Origin: the human T2T-CHM13v2.0 reference genome, Homo sapiens
Direction: 5' to 3' (one strand)
Assembly (NCBI RefSeq): GCF_009914755.1
Contig: NC_060947.1
DNA: 64,000 nucleotides
Position 1 is the first letter of the stretch. Each line of letters begins with the position of its first letter. This document shows, in pieces, positions 24,348 through 36,121 of the stretch. Both the position numbers and the translations under genes were made by a program. A model generated the notes under the pieces. It was given only the letters and a program-made list of their open reading frames with translations. It did not search any database and was not told the origin of the DNA.

Positions 24348-25504
24348 AAAGCACCTCCGCGACCCGACACCAGATGAAGGGGGAAGATGCCCAGCCACAG
24401 GAGATGGCGTCCACAAGCTTCCCAAGGGCCAGTGGTCCCAGTCCTGAATTCAGACAGCACGGGGACTCTGACGGGAAGAGAGGGAGCCCACAGAATCTGC
24501 CCATAGAACATCATTTTGCTTGTAAAGAGTGTGGGGACACCTTTCGGCTTAAAGTCCTGCTTGTCCAGCACCAGAGAGTCCACAGTGAGGAGAAGGGCTG
24601 GGAATGTGGCGACTGCGGGAAGGTCTTTAGGGGGGTGGCGGAGTTTAATGAGCACAGGAAAAGCCACGTAGCTGCGGAGCCCCAGCCCGGCCCCAGTAGG
24701 GCCCTGGAGAATGCCGCGGAGAAGAGGGAGCAGATGGAGAGGGAGGCAAAGCCCTTCGAGTGCGAGGAGTGCGGAAAACGGTTTAAGAAGAATGCAGGCC
24801 TGAGTCAGCATCTGAGGGTCCACAGCAGAGAGAAGCCCTTTGATTGCGAGGAATGCGGGCGGTCGTTCAAAGTCAACACCCACCTCTTCCGACATCAGAA
24901 ACTTCACACTTCGGAAAAGCCTTTCGCCTGCAAGGCGTGCAGCAGGGATTTCCTGGATCGCCAGGAGCTTCTCAAGCACCAGCGCATGCACACTGGCCAC
25001 CTGCCCTTCGACTGCGACGACTGCGGCAAGTCCTTCCGAGGGGTCAACGGGCTGGCCGAGCACCAGCGCATCCACAGTGGGGCCAAGCCATACGGGTGTC
25101 CCCACTGCGGCAAGCTCTTCCGAAGGAGCTCGGAGCTCACCAAGCACCGGCGGATCCACACGGGCGAGAAGCCCTACGCCTGCGGCCAGTGCGGCAAGGC
25201 CTTCCGCCAGAGCTCCAGCCTCCTGGAGCACGCACGCATCCACAGTGGCGAGCGGCCCTACGCATGCGGCGAGTGTGGCAAGGCCTTCCGTGGGCCCTCT
25301 GACCTCATCAAGCACCGGCGCATCCACAGCGGACTGAAACCCTATGAGTGCGACAAATGCGGCAAGGCCTTCCGCCGGAGCTCCGGCCTCAGTCGCCACC
25401 GGCGGATCCACAGTGGGGCGCGGCGCTGCGAATGCAGCCAGTGTGGCCGCGTGTTCAAGAGGCGCTCGGCACTGCAGAAGCATCAGCCAACCCACCACGA
25501 GTAG
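24348..25504 (+). CDS. ZNF275: ZNF275 last coding exon, 11 C2H2 zinc fingers
   Basis: Acceptor gtttcag| at 24347; CxxC-x12-HxxxH repeats with (T/S)GEKP-type linkers; TAG at 25502-25504; spliced CDS 31+102+1157 = 1290 nt = 429 aa. Confidence 0.95.
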
Positions 25505-26664
25505 AAACGCCCTGTGGTCCCGCGGGACAGGGACGGAGTCCCCAGAGGGGATGGCAGAGTCAAAGGAGATGAACAGTTTTGTAGCGCTTATATATTTTGT
25601 CTTCCAAAAGGTTGAGACCGATTTATACTGCCACCAGCAATTTATAAGTGTTACGTTATGCCCATCAAGAGTAGCTTGTACCATTTAACTTAGTTTGGCT
25701 AGTTTAACTGGTAGGAAGTACCATCAAGGTATTTCAGTCCACATGCCTTGAATCCAAGAATGAGAGAGGACAAATCTGGATGTGGGGTAGGGAGGGGCTT
25801 AGAGGTCATCAACTCCAAGCTCCCCCCGCCCCAGAGAAACACACAGAGCTGTTCCACGATGGCGTCCTCATAATGTGATCCCAGCTTTCCTGAAGAGAAC
25901 GTTGCCCTCATGATTTTTGGCCTACTTGAATTTATAAATTTTTAGGGATGTAAATAGAACACTCAAATGTCTTAAAATATTTAATTTATTAATTTAGTTA
26001 TACATACATACTGTAAATCACATATTATATAAAATAATATATTAATTTAGAAAATACCCCATTTTTGCCACCCTCCCTTTCACGAAATCATTTTACTCTG
26101 ACTCCTCACCGTCTTCACCAACATGGGAACCCTGTTTGAGTCATCAGACAGTTTCAAGACACACCCAGTCACTTCCATCCGAGCTCTGCACGGTCGCTCA
26201 GTGACGATCCCTTCATGAGGCTCTCATTAGAAATTTTCTCCCAAGCCATAAGACCATATTTGCAGAACATTAGGACGATTTCTCTTGTCGTTTTTTAATC
26301 TGTCCTGTGACTGTACAATATAACCACTTAAGGTCATACTTTTTCAAACAACCTTTAAACGTCTTTTCTTTTAAAGCACCCAAAATGTCATTGTGAGGCC
26401 AAACGCCTAGTAACAGTTACTGAATCTGGGTTAAATGTCGGTATCTTTTTTTCTTAAACCATTTCAATTTGGTGTCCCCTATACATATCCAAAACTAGCA
26501 TCGATTGGGGTTGTTTTGAACTAATGGGTCTTGTCCTCAAGCAGCACTATTTTGTTCAAAATAAAATAGTTGAGAGCATGCCCCTAAGAAGAGATACATC
26601 TCAAGGACTCAAGTGCAGGGTGACGCCTCCTTTTGGAAATGAGCCTCTCCTGGTATCAGGCCTA

Positions 26665-26830
26665 GATGGTACTTCTCCAGCCTTCCGTTTCTTGTTCTAT
26701 AAAACAGGGGTGATCACAGCACCTACCTCCGAAGGTTATCACGAGGACTGCCATCGTGGCTGCAGAGTGCCAGGACCACCGGCCTGGTATGGAGGTACAC
26801 ACTCAGTGAAGGCCATCTGCTGTCATTGTC
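26665..26830 (+). mobile_element. Diverged MIR in the 3'UTR
   Basis: ccgtttcttgttctataaaacaggggtgatcacagcacctacctccgaaggttat is MIR core-like. Confidence 0.55.
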
Positions 26831-29001
26831 ATTGTCATAGTTATTGCCGTCATTCTGTGGCTTGTCAATTCCAGAACTGGGGATAGACCCCAGGCCTCCT
26901 GACCACCAGTCTCATCTTTCTCTTATGCGATGACTTAAATGGTGTTTCTGTTTTTTGCATGCAAATGGTCCGTTCATCTCCTTTGACTAGTTATCAACTT
27001 ACCTTCGGATATATTAACTTTATGTAGCAGTTCTTTCTATATTGATGGTGATGTTCTCTTTTCCAATTTTATTGCTTTGCTTTTTGTAGCAGTTTTATTA
27101 CGTTTTTGTTGTGAAAGCTTTTAATTTTTACATATCCAAGCATTCATTTTTTGTCCACTCAGTCATAACTTTCATTGCTTCTGTAGCTAGATATGATGAC
27201 ATTTTCTCTAGAATTTTAATTACAAACAAAAAGCTGCAACCCCAGCCCATCAGAAGGTGAGTACACCAGGTGGGCAGGCTGGATGGAAATGGGCCAGAGA
27301 AGCAGGCTCTTTCCTCATCCGAGATGCGGACTCCCTGTCTATCTGTGGGCACCACTTGACTATCCAACCTGACCACTGCGGCACACTGGAGATGCTCCCA
27401 TCATAGATTAGCCAGAACTCTGTGACTGCTCATCATTATAGACCCCGCCAGCAGCAGTGGGGCTTGGCCTCACCTAGATCAATGGAGTGGTCCAAACTTG
27501 GTCTGGGAGCAAGCAGCCCAGCCATCCTTTGAGCTCCTGGGAGCCTTGGCAATGCTCCGAGTGGATTCAGTGACTGAGCAGCAGATTCACCCAAGAAACA
27601 TCTCCTTGGACACAAGAAGACTTGCCTAGACCACATCCTCCTTTCAGCCGGTGACTCTAGAACTAGAAAGAGATTGGTTCATAGGCTTCTGCTGTGGGCA
27701 GCTAGGGGAAAATTCACCCATGTGTTCTGGCATCACTTCCTATAGCCACACCTAAGTGAGGGCAACAGAGCAGAGGCTCGGAGAGGAACCCTGCCCCTCC
27801 GATGGCTTGTGCGTTATGCTGATAGAAGCTGGCAGCACTGCCCTGGGCTATGATTTGCAACAGCCATGCCCAGGAGGAGCACTAAAGCAAAGGTTTGGAG
27901 GGCAGTGGAACCCTTCTGAAAGCCTGTGTGGCATAGAAGTAGAAGCTGGTCCTCCTGGGTCTGAGCTACCATTTCCAGTGGGCTCCCCCAAGAGGAACAG
28001 CAGCAAGGGCTAGCGAGGAACCTGCCCCTCCAGTGGCCCACAGAAGCCACAGATAGAAGCCAGCCCCACCAGGGCTGTGCTGTGACTTCCCAGCAGCTGT
28101 GGCTGGGGACAGGGACACTAGGAGGGCCTGGCAAGGAAGTGTGCCCTTCTCGTGGGCCCACCAAGGCTGAGGCAGAGCTTCCTAGCAGACACAACTTGGA
28201 AGGGCTTCTCAGGCACCCATCCTGACCCCCAGGCTGGAGAGGAGCCAAAAGCACTTGTTACATAGTGATTCCTTTTGCCCTGTGGGCCTCAGTTCTTGCA
28301 GTAGTTGTGAATCTGTGTCTGAAATCACTACTTTCTTCTCGGATCCTTTTTCTCTTTTCGAGTTGTTAGGATGTGTTTTGTACAGCTGTCATTTGATAAA
28401 GAAGGTTGACCTCTACCAGGGGCAAGTCTGGCACCTTTACCTAGAAGTACTCTGCCATGTCTTGCCCGTTCATTTATCGTTTGTTGGGTTTCATGAGGGA
28501 TCCCATTGAAGTAGATCCCTTTTATGAAGGGATCCCATTGAATGCAGCATTAACTCAGAACGTAGCATAAAGTCGTCACTGCTCCCAGCTGGGACGTGGT
28601 GTCTTGGCATCCCTTCCTGCCGTCCTTGACTCTTTCCCATCTTCAGTTCTATAATTTTCTCCCAAACAAATGCTCTTTTAGAGTTAACACTAAAGATCTG
28701 GTCTTTGCCGTCAAGGTTGACAGAACAGCTGTTCATGGTGTTTGCGGTGAAACCCGTGTTCTCTTTCAATGCAGTCTGTGGCTTTAACGTGTGTCCTGTA
28801 ATTTCGCCAAGATCATTTCTTGCCTCTGGTAACTTGGGGGTGGATTTCCTTGGGCTCTCTAGGTGTACTGCTATGTCAGATGCAAAATGTCACCCAGCTT
28901 CCTGTCACATATCCTTGTCTGTGCATTCATGCATCTACCTCATTCCGGTTTTCTTTCTAATCTCATGTATTCCTGTTGTGAGGAAATGTGTTCTTTTCCC
29001 G

Positions 29002-29126
29002 ATCCTTTTGTAGTTCATACACATGACAATTGGGTTTCCACGCACGTGCATGAGATGTTCCTCCTTCAAACCTTGTTACTATGTCAGCACATTAACTGCC
29101 TGGCATGGAAAAAGAAAAAAAAAAAA
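29002..29126 (+). pseudogene. U13 (SNORD13) snoRNA retropseudogene with poly(A) tail
   Basis: atccttttgtagttcat...attgggt...tgagatgt...aaccttgttac...gcacatta matches recalled U13; A tail 29109-29126; 17-bp TSD gaaat(g/a)tgttcttttcc at 28983-28999 and 29127-29143; boxes C and D degenerate. Confidence 0.88.
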
Positions 29127-30339
29127 GAAATATGTTCTTTTCCTACCATTTGAAAAAAATCCTCCATTGCTTTTATTAGAGTTTTGAATACTTGTGAAAA
29201 TTTTCAAAAGAAAGTAATTGATTACCATTTTTGCTGCTTATTACGATGAGCTGTGTCCATTAGCTGTGTCACCCCACTCTTGCATTTCCAGAATAGTCCC
29301 TACCCAATTGCAGCGGGCATGTTTTTGAGTGGTGTTGCATTCCATGTGCTTGATTTTGTCCTAGAACTGGCACAGCGCCTGCCCTACCTGCAGCCCTGGG
29401 TTGTGGCCCTGTTGCGTACCATGTGATTTGCCACCCCGCTTCTAGGCCATATTAATTCAGCCAGAACTGAACACCTGACCCAAGGGCAGCAAGCAATCAT
29501 CAGAGCATAGAGCTGACAGAACATGATGGACCACGGACACCACCAGGCCTTCCAGATCTGAAATGCAAACAAGGAAACAGAAGCTTCTAGGCATCAGAAG
29601 GTGTGGGGAGCAGCACAGTACTCAGAGGAGTGAGGAGCGTGGCGCCTGCTGGGAGGAAGGCCTGGCCATGGTATGTTCTTGGATTTCTGGCAGCAGCCCT
29701 CATTGGTCCACGTGCGTCCCCACTACAGACTCCTTGACTTGAGCCAGCTTGAGTGGGTCTCTACTCTTTTCTATTGTGTTTTGCCACTTGGCTGCTTCCT
29801 GGCCAAGTCGCACCTGACTGCATGAACACCTGTTCAAACGTGTGTTCTCTGTTCTCTAAGATGGGTGAAAGTCGATGCCTTCTAGTCTCAGTGAATTTAA
29901 CCTGTGATTTTATGTCTACGTATATTGTTCCTTTACTGAACCCACCACATGCGGGCCATAAAATGAGTGAAATCACAGTGCACCCTGTTCTCTTATTTTT
30001 GAAGTGTTTCACGATTTCCAGCATGTCCATCAGATGGGGGGATTGCTAACTTCTCTCTTACTCATGTACTTACATTCTGTAGTTCTCATTGCATCACTTT
30101 GGATGTTTACTTTGAAAAGCAGAAACTGTCTCTTTAAACTTGGCCCTCAATGTCATTTGCGTATCTCTGAGAACAATAGCTATGTCCCACCCCAGTTTGT
30201 ATTTCCGTTGGTTGTTGGCACTTTTTTCTCATTCCCCCATCTCATTACCTTGTCTGTTTTCTGGCACTCACTATAATCAGCCTTGCACTAGAGCTGTTTG
30301 TGGACTTGGCTTCACCCCCTCCTCCTCAGCCCTCCCCCA

Positions 30340-30452
30340 CCCATTAAATTGTGAGCTCTTAGAAGACAGGGGTGGCCTTTCATGTCTGATCCCCTACCAA
30401 ATCTAGCACAGTGCCTTGCATCAAGTAGATTTCAATAAATATATGTTAAATG
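30340..30452 (+). mobile_element. LINE-2 3' end
   Basis: aattgtgagctcttagaagacaggg...tctagcacagtgccttgcatcaagtagatttcaataaatatatgttaaatg. Confidence 0.75.
30434..30439 (+). terminator. Probable ZNF275 polyadenylation signal AATAAA
   Basis: Canonical hexamer followed ~20-40 nt later by a T/GT-rich tract (tggtcttccttgacgtcttttgtc). Confidence 0.65.
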
Positions 30453-32082
30453 GCATTGGTCTTCCTTGACGTCTTTTGTCAAACCTTCATTTACCACTTT
30501 CCTTGCTCCTTTCTCCATGCCATGGGGTTCTATACTTGTCCTTGCACTTGGAAACTGCCCCCTCCTGGGGTCCAGGTGCTGTTGTGGCCCCTGCTGGGAA
30601 TGTTATTCCAGTGCTTGCTGGGCACTTGGAGGGAAGAGGAAGCACCCTGATGGGGAGGCTGGTTTGCCTGGAACTCTGAGCTCTCCCTTGGCAGAAAGGG
30701 GTCTTTCACTCAGCCTCCCCTCACCGCAGCTAGGGCTCCCCAAATCGGAATTCCAGGTGGGAGCAGAAGACAAGGCCAGATCCTCAGCTCCTCCCTCAGG
30801 GACTGGGAATGGGATAACATGGCTTTGGGACTTGAGAATCATCCCTAGGCTGCATAGGGGTGGGAGCAGGAGTTCGGTCCTCTTGGTGGCCTGTGGCTGG
30901 CCCTCTGCCTGGTGACCACTGCCTCAGAGAAGTCAGGGGCAGGAGCAGGCCCCAGTTTCCTGGCCCTTCTAAATGCCAACGGCTCAGCCGTGGAGCCAGC
31001 AGCCCAACTGCAGAAGGACATCCCATCCCTCCGGCTCCGGGATGCACATCCCGATGGGAGCCAACAGGAGGAGACAACATGACTCTCTCCACTGCCCCAG
31101 TCTCCCTGGCTTCTGGCAGGGGCCCATGCTCATCACAGCTGTCGATTCTCCTACCCCAGGTGCAGCTCTGGGTGGGTGGAGCGATACCACCCCCCTTGAC
31201 GGTTGCTTCCTACTTAGCAAGGCAGCCACCTCCCGGTGCGTCCACCCCCAGCCAATGCCTGCCCCGGCCTGGCCCAGCCCTTGCCGCTTGCAAGTCACTT
31301 AGTTGCTGGAAAAGCATCATTATGTGCTTGTTACTGAGAATTCTACCTGTTTGTTTTTTCTTAAAACGTGTGCAAGCTGTTCTGGCAAGTCTCAGATGTG
31401 CATGGGTCCATTTGGACAGCTGACACTGCACCCAAGGCAGGAGGGGACAGCATGGGGTTTTCTCTGGGAATCCTATGAGCCCCTAGTAGAGGATTGAGAA
31501 TATTCTCTCCTGCCCCTCTCCTAGTTCCCCTGCCTGCCTGAGCACTGTAGCTCTTCCAACACCACCCTCTATAGAACAAACGAGAAGGCATCTGAGGAAA
31601 CGGGATGTGCCTTTTGGCTCTCCTCCCTGGTGGAACATTAAAAAATCCAAGATTAGTGGAAAGATCACATGCTACACCCTAGAAGTCTCTTGCTGGCCTG
31701 AGATTCACAGTCCCAAACCCCTAATCTCTGGGCCAGTGTCTGCAGCCCTGATTCCTCTAGCCCAAATTCCCCATCACAGCCCTCCGCCCCAGCCTACCTC
31801 TCATTACAGGAAGGACAGGCCAACAGGTAGAAATGGGGGCTTCTGCTTCCATGCCCACTGCATTTTAGCTTCTCCTCCCCAATACTCTCCCAGCTTATTT
31901 TCCTGAAGCTTCCAGAGCTGTGTCTTTGTCCACCCTCACTAGTCTCCAGTAGATGTGATGCACCTTCTCGGCTAAAATGCATTTCATTCAAAAGCTCACT
32001 GCATAATAAAAACATGGCCTGAAATCTTTTTCGGGCAAGATGTGTCAGAAAAACTCTCTGCTCTGTCATCCCTTTTCTGACC

Positions 32083-32200
32083 TTTATTCAACAAGTATTT
32101 ATTGAGCACCTGCTCTGTGCTGGGCCCCAGAGATGTAAAAGCAAGTGACAAGGTCCCTGCCCTCAAGGACAGAGTGCCAGAGAGAAACAGACATGCAGCC
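32083..32200 (-). mobile_element. LINE-2 3' fragment
   Basis: ttattcaacaagtatttattgagcacctgctctgtgctggg...gtccctgccctcaagga. Confidence 0.75.
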
Positions 32201-34399
32201 AAAATGTCACCACAAGTGGGGCCTATGTAAATGTTCACCAAGCTGTGCTCCTGGGTAGGATTTGTGCACTTGAGTGGAGGCAGGTTACACAACAACTACC
32301 AAGCCAAATGCATACAACATTAGTGGATAAATCCCCCCACTCCCTCCTCAGATGCTATGGGGTTTTATTAATACATTCCTCTCTGGCACCTCTCCATCCC
32401 TGCCCCAGCCCCGTTCCATCAGCCTCACTGGCATCCCTGTCTCTTTGCCTTGCCTTGCCTTTCTGGACCCAATCCATGTTCCTCTCTGCACCTGTCGACC
32501 TCTGGGGGAGGAAGGCAGCTCCAAAGGGGTGGTCCTCACCCGAGCCCAGCAGGCCCCACCGTGCTACAGAGAGTTCTTTACTGTAAGGTCGGCCTGTCAC
32601 CTCAGCACTTTCAGAGGTGGGTGGGGCCAGCACCTCAGGGTGCTGTGAGCTGGCTGGGCTACGTCACTCCTGGGATACTGTGCTGCTGGTTCTCTGTCCA
32701 TCCCAGTCCTCTGCCCCATCTCCTCCAACAAGCCAGCTTACCCCACAAGTTTAAGTCTGTTCATCCCTTTCTTCCCTATCGCAAATTCTGCAGTCCTGAG
32801 GTGTTTCCTCTGGGCCTCTACAGTCCAAGGGCTTCTGGCACCACCACCCCTTATTGAGCTGTTTGTCATTGGTGTCTACAGGTGTCTCCCTTCCCCCACA
32901 GAAGTCTCCTTCACCTTTGAACACCCACCTGCTGGATGCCACAGGGGCCCAGACAGAGAGGGCCCTAACCACACCCTGCCCCCAACCGGGAAGAGGCCCC
33001 TCCCTCCTCCCTGGGCTCCCTGTGCTGCCAGACCCTGACCCCACAGCCTGGGAGGGGCTGCAACCCCAGACATGGAGCCCCCTAGGTAAGGTGGGGCAGA
33101 TCTCCCTGGACCCCACCAGACACTGGGGCCCTGGATGAAGATGTCTTTGGAATTCATGAGAGGAATCAGCTCTCCCACCCAGGGCCATGTCCTTGGGGAT
33201 GGGACAAGTGGGACAGAATGTAGCCTAAGCCTGGGCCTCCCCTCACCTCCTGCACCCCCAGATGGAAGTGGTGGAGATGATGGATCAGATCGTCCACGGG
33301 TGTGGGAGGACTCATCAGGACTGGGCCAGCCCCAGCTCCAGGGGGCCCCAGCCACAGAGCCCATGGCATTGTCCATGATGCTGCTGAACCTGGCAGAGCA
33401 GCTCAGGGAGGCAGACAAGGAACTGGCAGGCAAATACACAGAGCTGGGGAACTGGTGCACTTGGAGGATTCTGCAGCTCATGCAGGTTGGAGGGGCCTGG
33501 GGACCTGGGCAGCAAGGGGCCCTCCACTCCCCAACTCCCCAGGGTGTCCTCGGGCTTTACACACCTGAAGAGAGAGACATGGGGAGGTCCCCACCTGAGG
33601 AAGGTGGAGGGCTCAAGGGCTGGAGGGAGGGTGCGGAGCCCTAGGCAAGGCCTGACAGCAGGAGACCCTCCAGATCAAAGTCCCTCCCAGGCCTCTGGGT
33701 GGCCACTGCACAAAGGTGCTGACCTCCTGGTTGGAGGTAGCAGGTGAGTGGCAGGTGCCTGGAGAATGGGGATGGATGAGGCCTCCACCATGGCTCAGAA
33801 GGTCCCCAAGGTCAGGAGCTGCCAAATAGGAGGGGCCAAATGGTGGAGGTTGGGGGTGTTGCCCCTGAACCTCAAGAAGCCTCAGGGCACCAAGCCCACT
33901 TTGGAAGGGCAACAAATGCCAATGACCAAGGCCAAAGCCCAAATTTCACCATCGGGGAATGAACTTCCAAGATTCAGTAATAATTCTGAAATTTATCTCT
34001 GGTATGGTTTGGCTGTGTCCCCACCCAAATCTCGTCTTGAATTCCCACATGTTGTGGGAAGGACCCAGTGAGAGGTTCAATTCAATTACCATGGGGGCAG
34101 GTCTTTCCCATGCTGTTCTCAGGATAGTGAATAAGTCTCACAAGATCCGATGGTTTTTAAAAGGGGCGTTTCCCTGCACAAGCTCTCTTCTCTTGTTTGC
34201 TGCCATGTGAGATGTGCCTTTCACATTCCACCACGATTGTGAGGCCTCCCCAGCCACGTGGAACTGTAAGTCCATTAAACCTCCTTCTTTTGTAAATTGC
34301 CCGGTCTCGGGAATGTCTTTATTGGCAGCATGAAAACAGACTAAAACTAAGTTGGTGCCAGTAGAGTGGGGTACTGCTGAAAAGATACCCGAAAATGTG

Positions 34400-34991
34400 T
34401 GTGGAGGAAAAGTTAAATATTAAATTTGAACTCAATTGAACATGGACACAAACAATGGTCACCAAGTCCCGGAACAGGTTGTGTGAGCCCCTTGAGACAT
34501 TCATCCACTGCTGTGTCAGAGAAATCTCCATTTCAATCTGTTCCTATACATTGAAAAACAATAGACAATCGCAAAAACAAGTTGACCTTTTTGTGTTCCT
34601 TGAGCCCAGTCGTGAAGGGCCCTCGTGACTGGGCCTCATGCCAAACAACTCGTTACAAAAAGAGCTAGGGTCCCAGACTGCACCAAAGCTTCATGAGACC
34701 TCTCTTTGTCTGTGCACAGATGAGTGGCCAACTCTGGAGCCCAGGATGTTGCTTCCCAGTCTGGTGGTGAATCCTCCACAATCTGGTGAGTGTAAATATA
34801 TATATTCCCTTCTCCCCTTCCCATTGCAATTTGCTTATTGTATCAATCTGCTTATGATATCATTTGCTTATTATTATATCACTTGCTTATTATATCTGCA
34901 TTGCCATTTACATGGGATAAAGGTTGTTTACCCGTAAAGGTATTGTGTGTGTATCTTTTCTTCTCCCTTCACGCGTTTCCTGCACAGAACA
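34400..34991. mobile_element. Solo ERV LTR nested in the THE1 internal region (ERVL-class by 5-bp TSD; family unverified)
   Basis: TG...CA termini, 592 bp; TSD atgtg at 34395-34399 and 34992-34996; THE1 internal sequence resumes seamlessly. Confidence 0.85.
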
Positions 34992-35811
34992 ATGTGGAAG
35001 TGACTTTGGAACTGGGTAAAAGGCAGAGGTTGGATTCCAAATTTTGAAGGGCTCAGAAGAGGACAGGAAAATGTGGGAAAGTTTGAAACTCCCTAGAGAC
35101 TTGTTGAATTGCTTTGATCCAAATGCTGGTAATTATTATATGGACAATGAAATCCAGACTGAGGTGGTCTCAGATGGAGATGAGGAACTTGTTGGGAACT
35201 GGAGCAAAGGTGACTCTTGTTATGTTTTAGCAAAGAGACTGGCAGCATTTTGCCCCTGCCCTAGAGATTTGTGGAACTTTGAATTTGAGAGAGATGATTT
35301 AAGGTATCTGGTGGAAGAAATTTCTAAATAGCAAAGCATTCAAGATATGACTTGGGTGCTATTAAAGGCCTTCAGTTTTAAAAGGGAAACAGAGCATAAA
35401 AATTAGAAAAATTTGCAGCCTGTCAATGTGATAGAAAAGAAAATTCCCTTTTCTGAGGAGAAATTCAAGCTGGCTGCAGAAATTTGCATAAGTAACAAGA
35501 AGCCAAATGTTAATCACCAAGACAATGGGGAAAATGCTTCCAGGGTGTTTCAGAGACTTTTGCATCAGCCCTTCCCATCACAGGCCTGGAGGGCTAGAAG
35601 GAAAAAATGGTTTTGTGGGCCAGGCCCTGGGTCCCTCTGCTATGTGCAGCCTAGGGACTTAGTGCCCTGTGCCCCAACCACTCCAGCTGTGACTAAAAGG
35701 GGCCAAAGTACAGCTCAGGCTATTGCTTCAGAGGGTGGAAGCCCCAAGCCTTGAGAGCTTCCATGTGGTGTTGAGCCTGCGAGTGCACAGAAGTCAAGAA
35801 TTGAGGTTTGG

Positions 35812-36121
<310 letters not shown>

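Larger units (their letters stand above)
25505..30460 (+). other. ZNF275: Probable long 3'UTR of ZNF275
   Basis: Follows the stop codon and ends at a canonical AATAAA with a T/GT-rich downstream region; consistent with the recalled ~19-kb gene span. Confidence 0.6.

Noticed and set aside
24344-25684. 446-aa antisense ORF over the zinc-finger exon
   Set aside because: Shadow of a GC3-rich repetitive CDS; non-ATG start and no independent gene signals.
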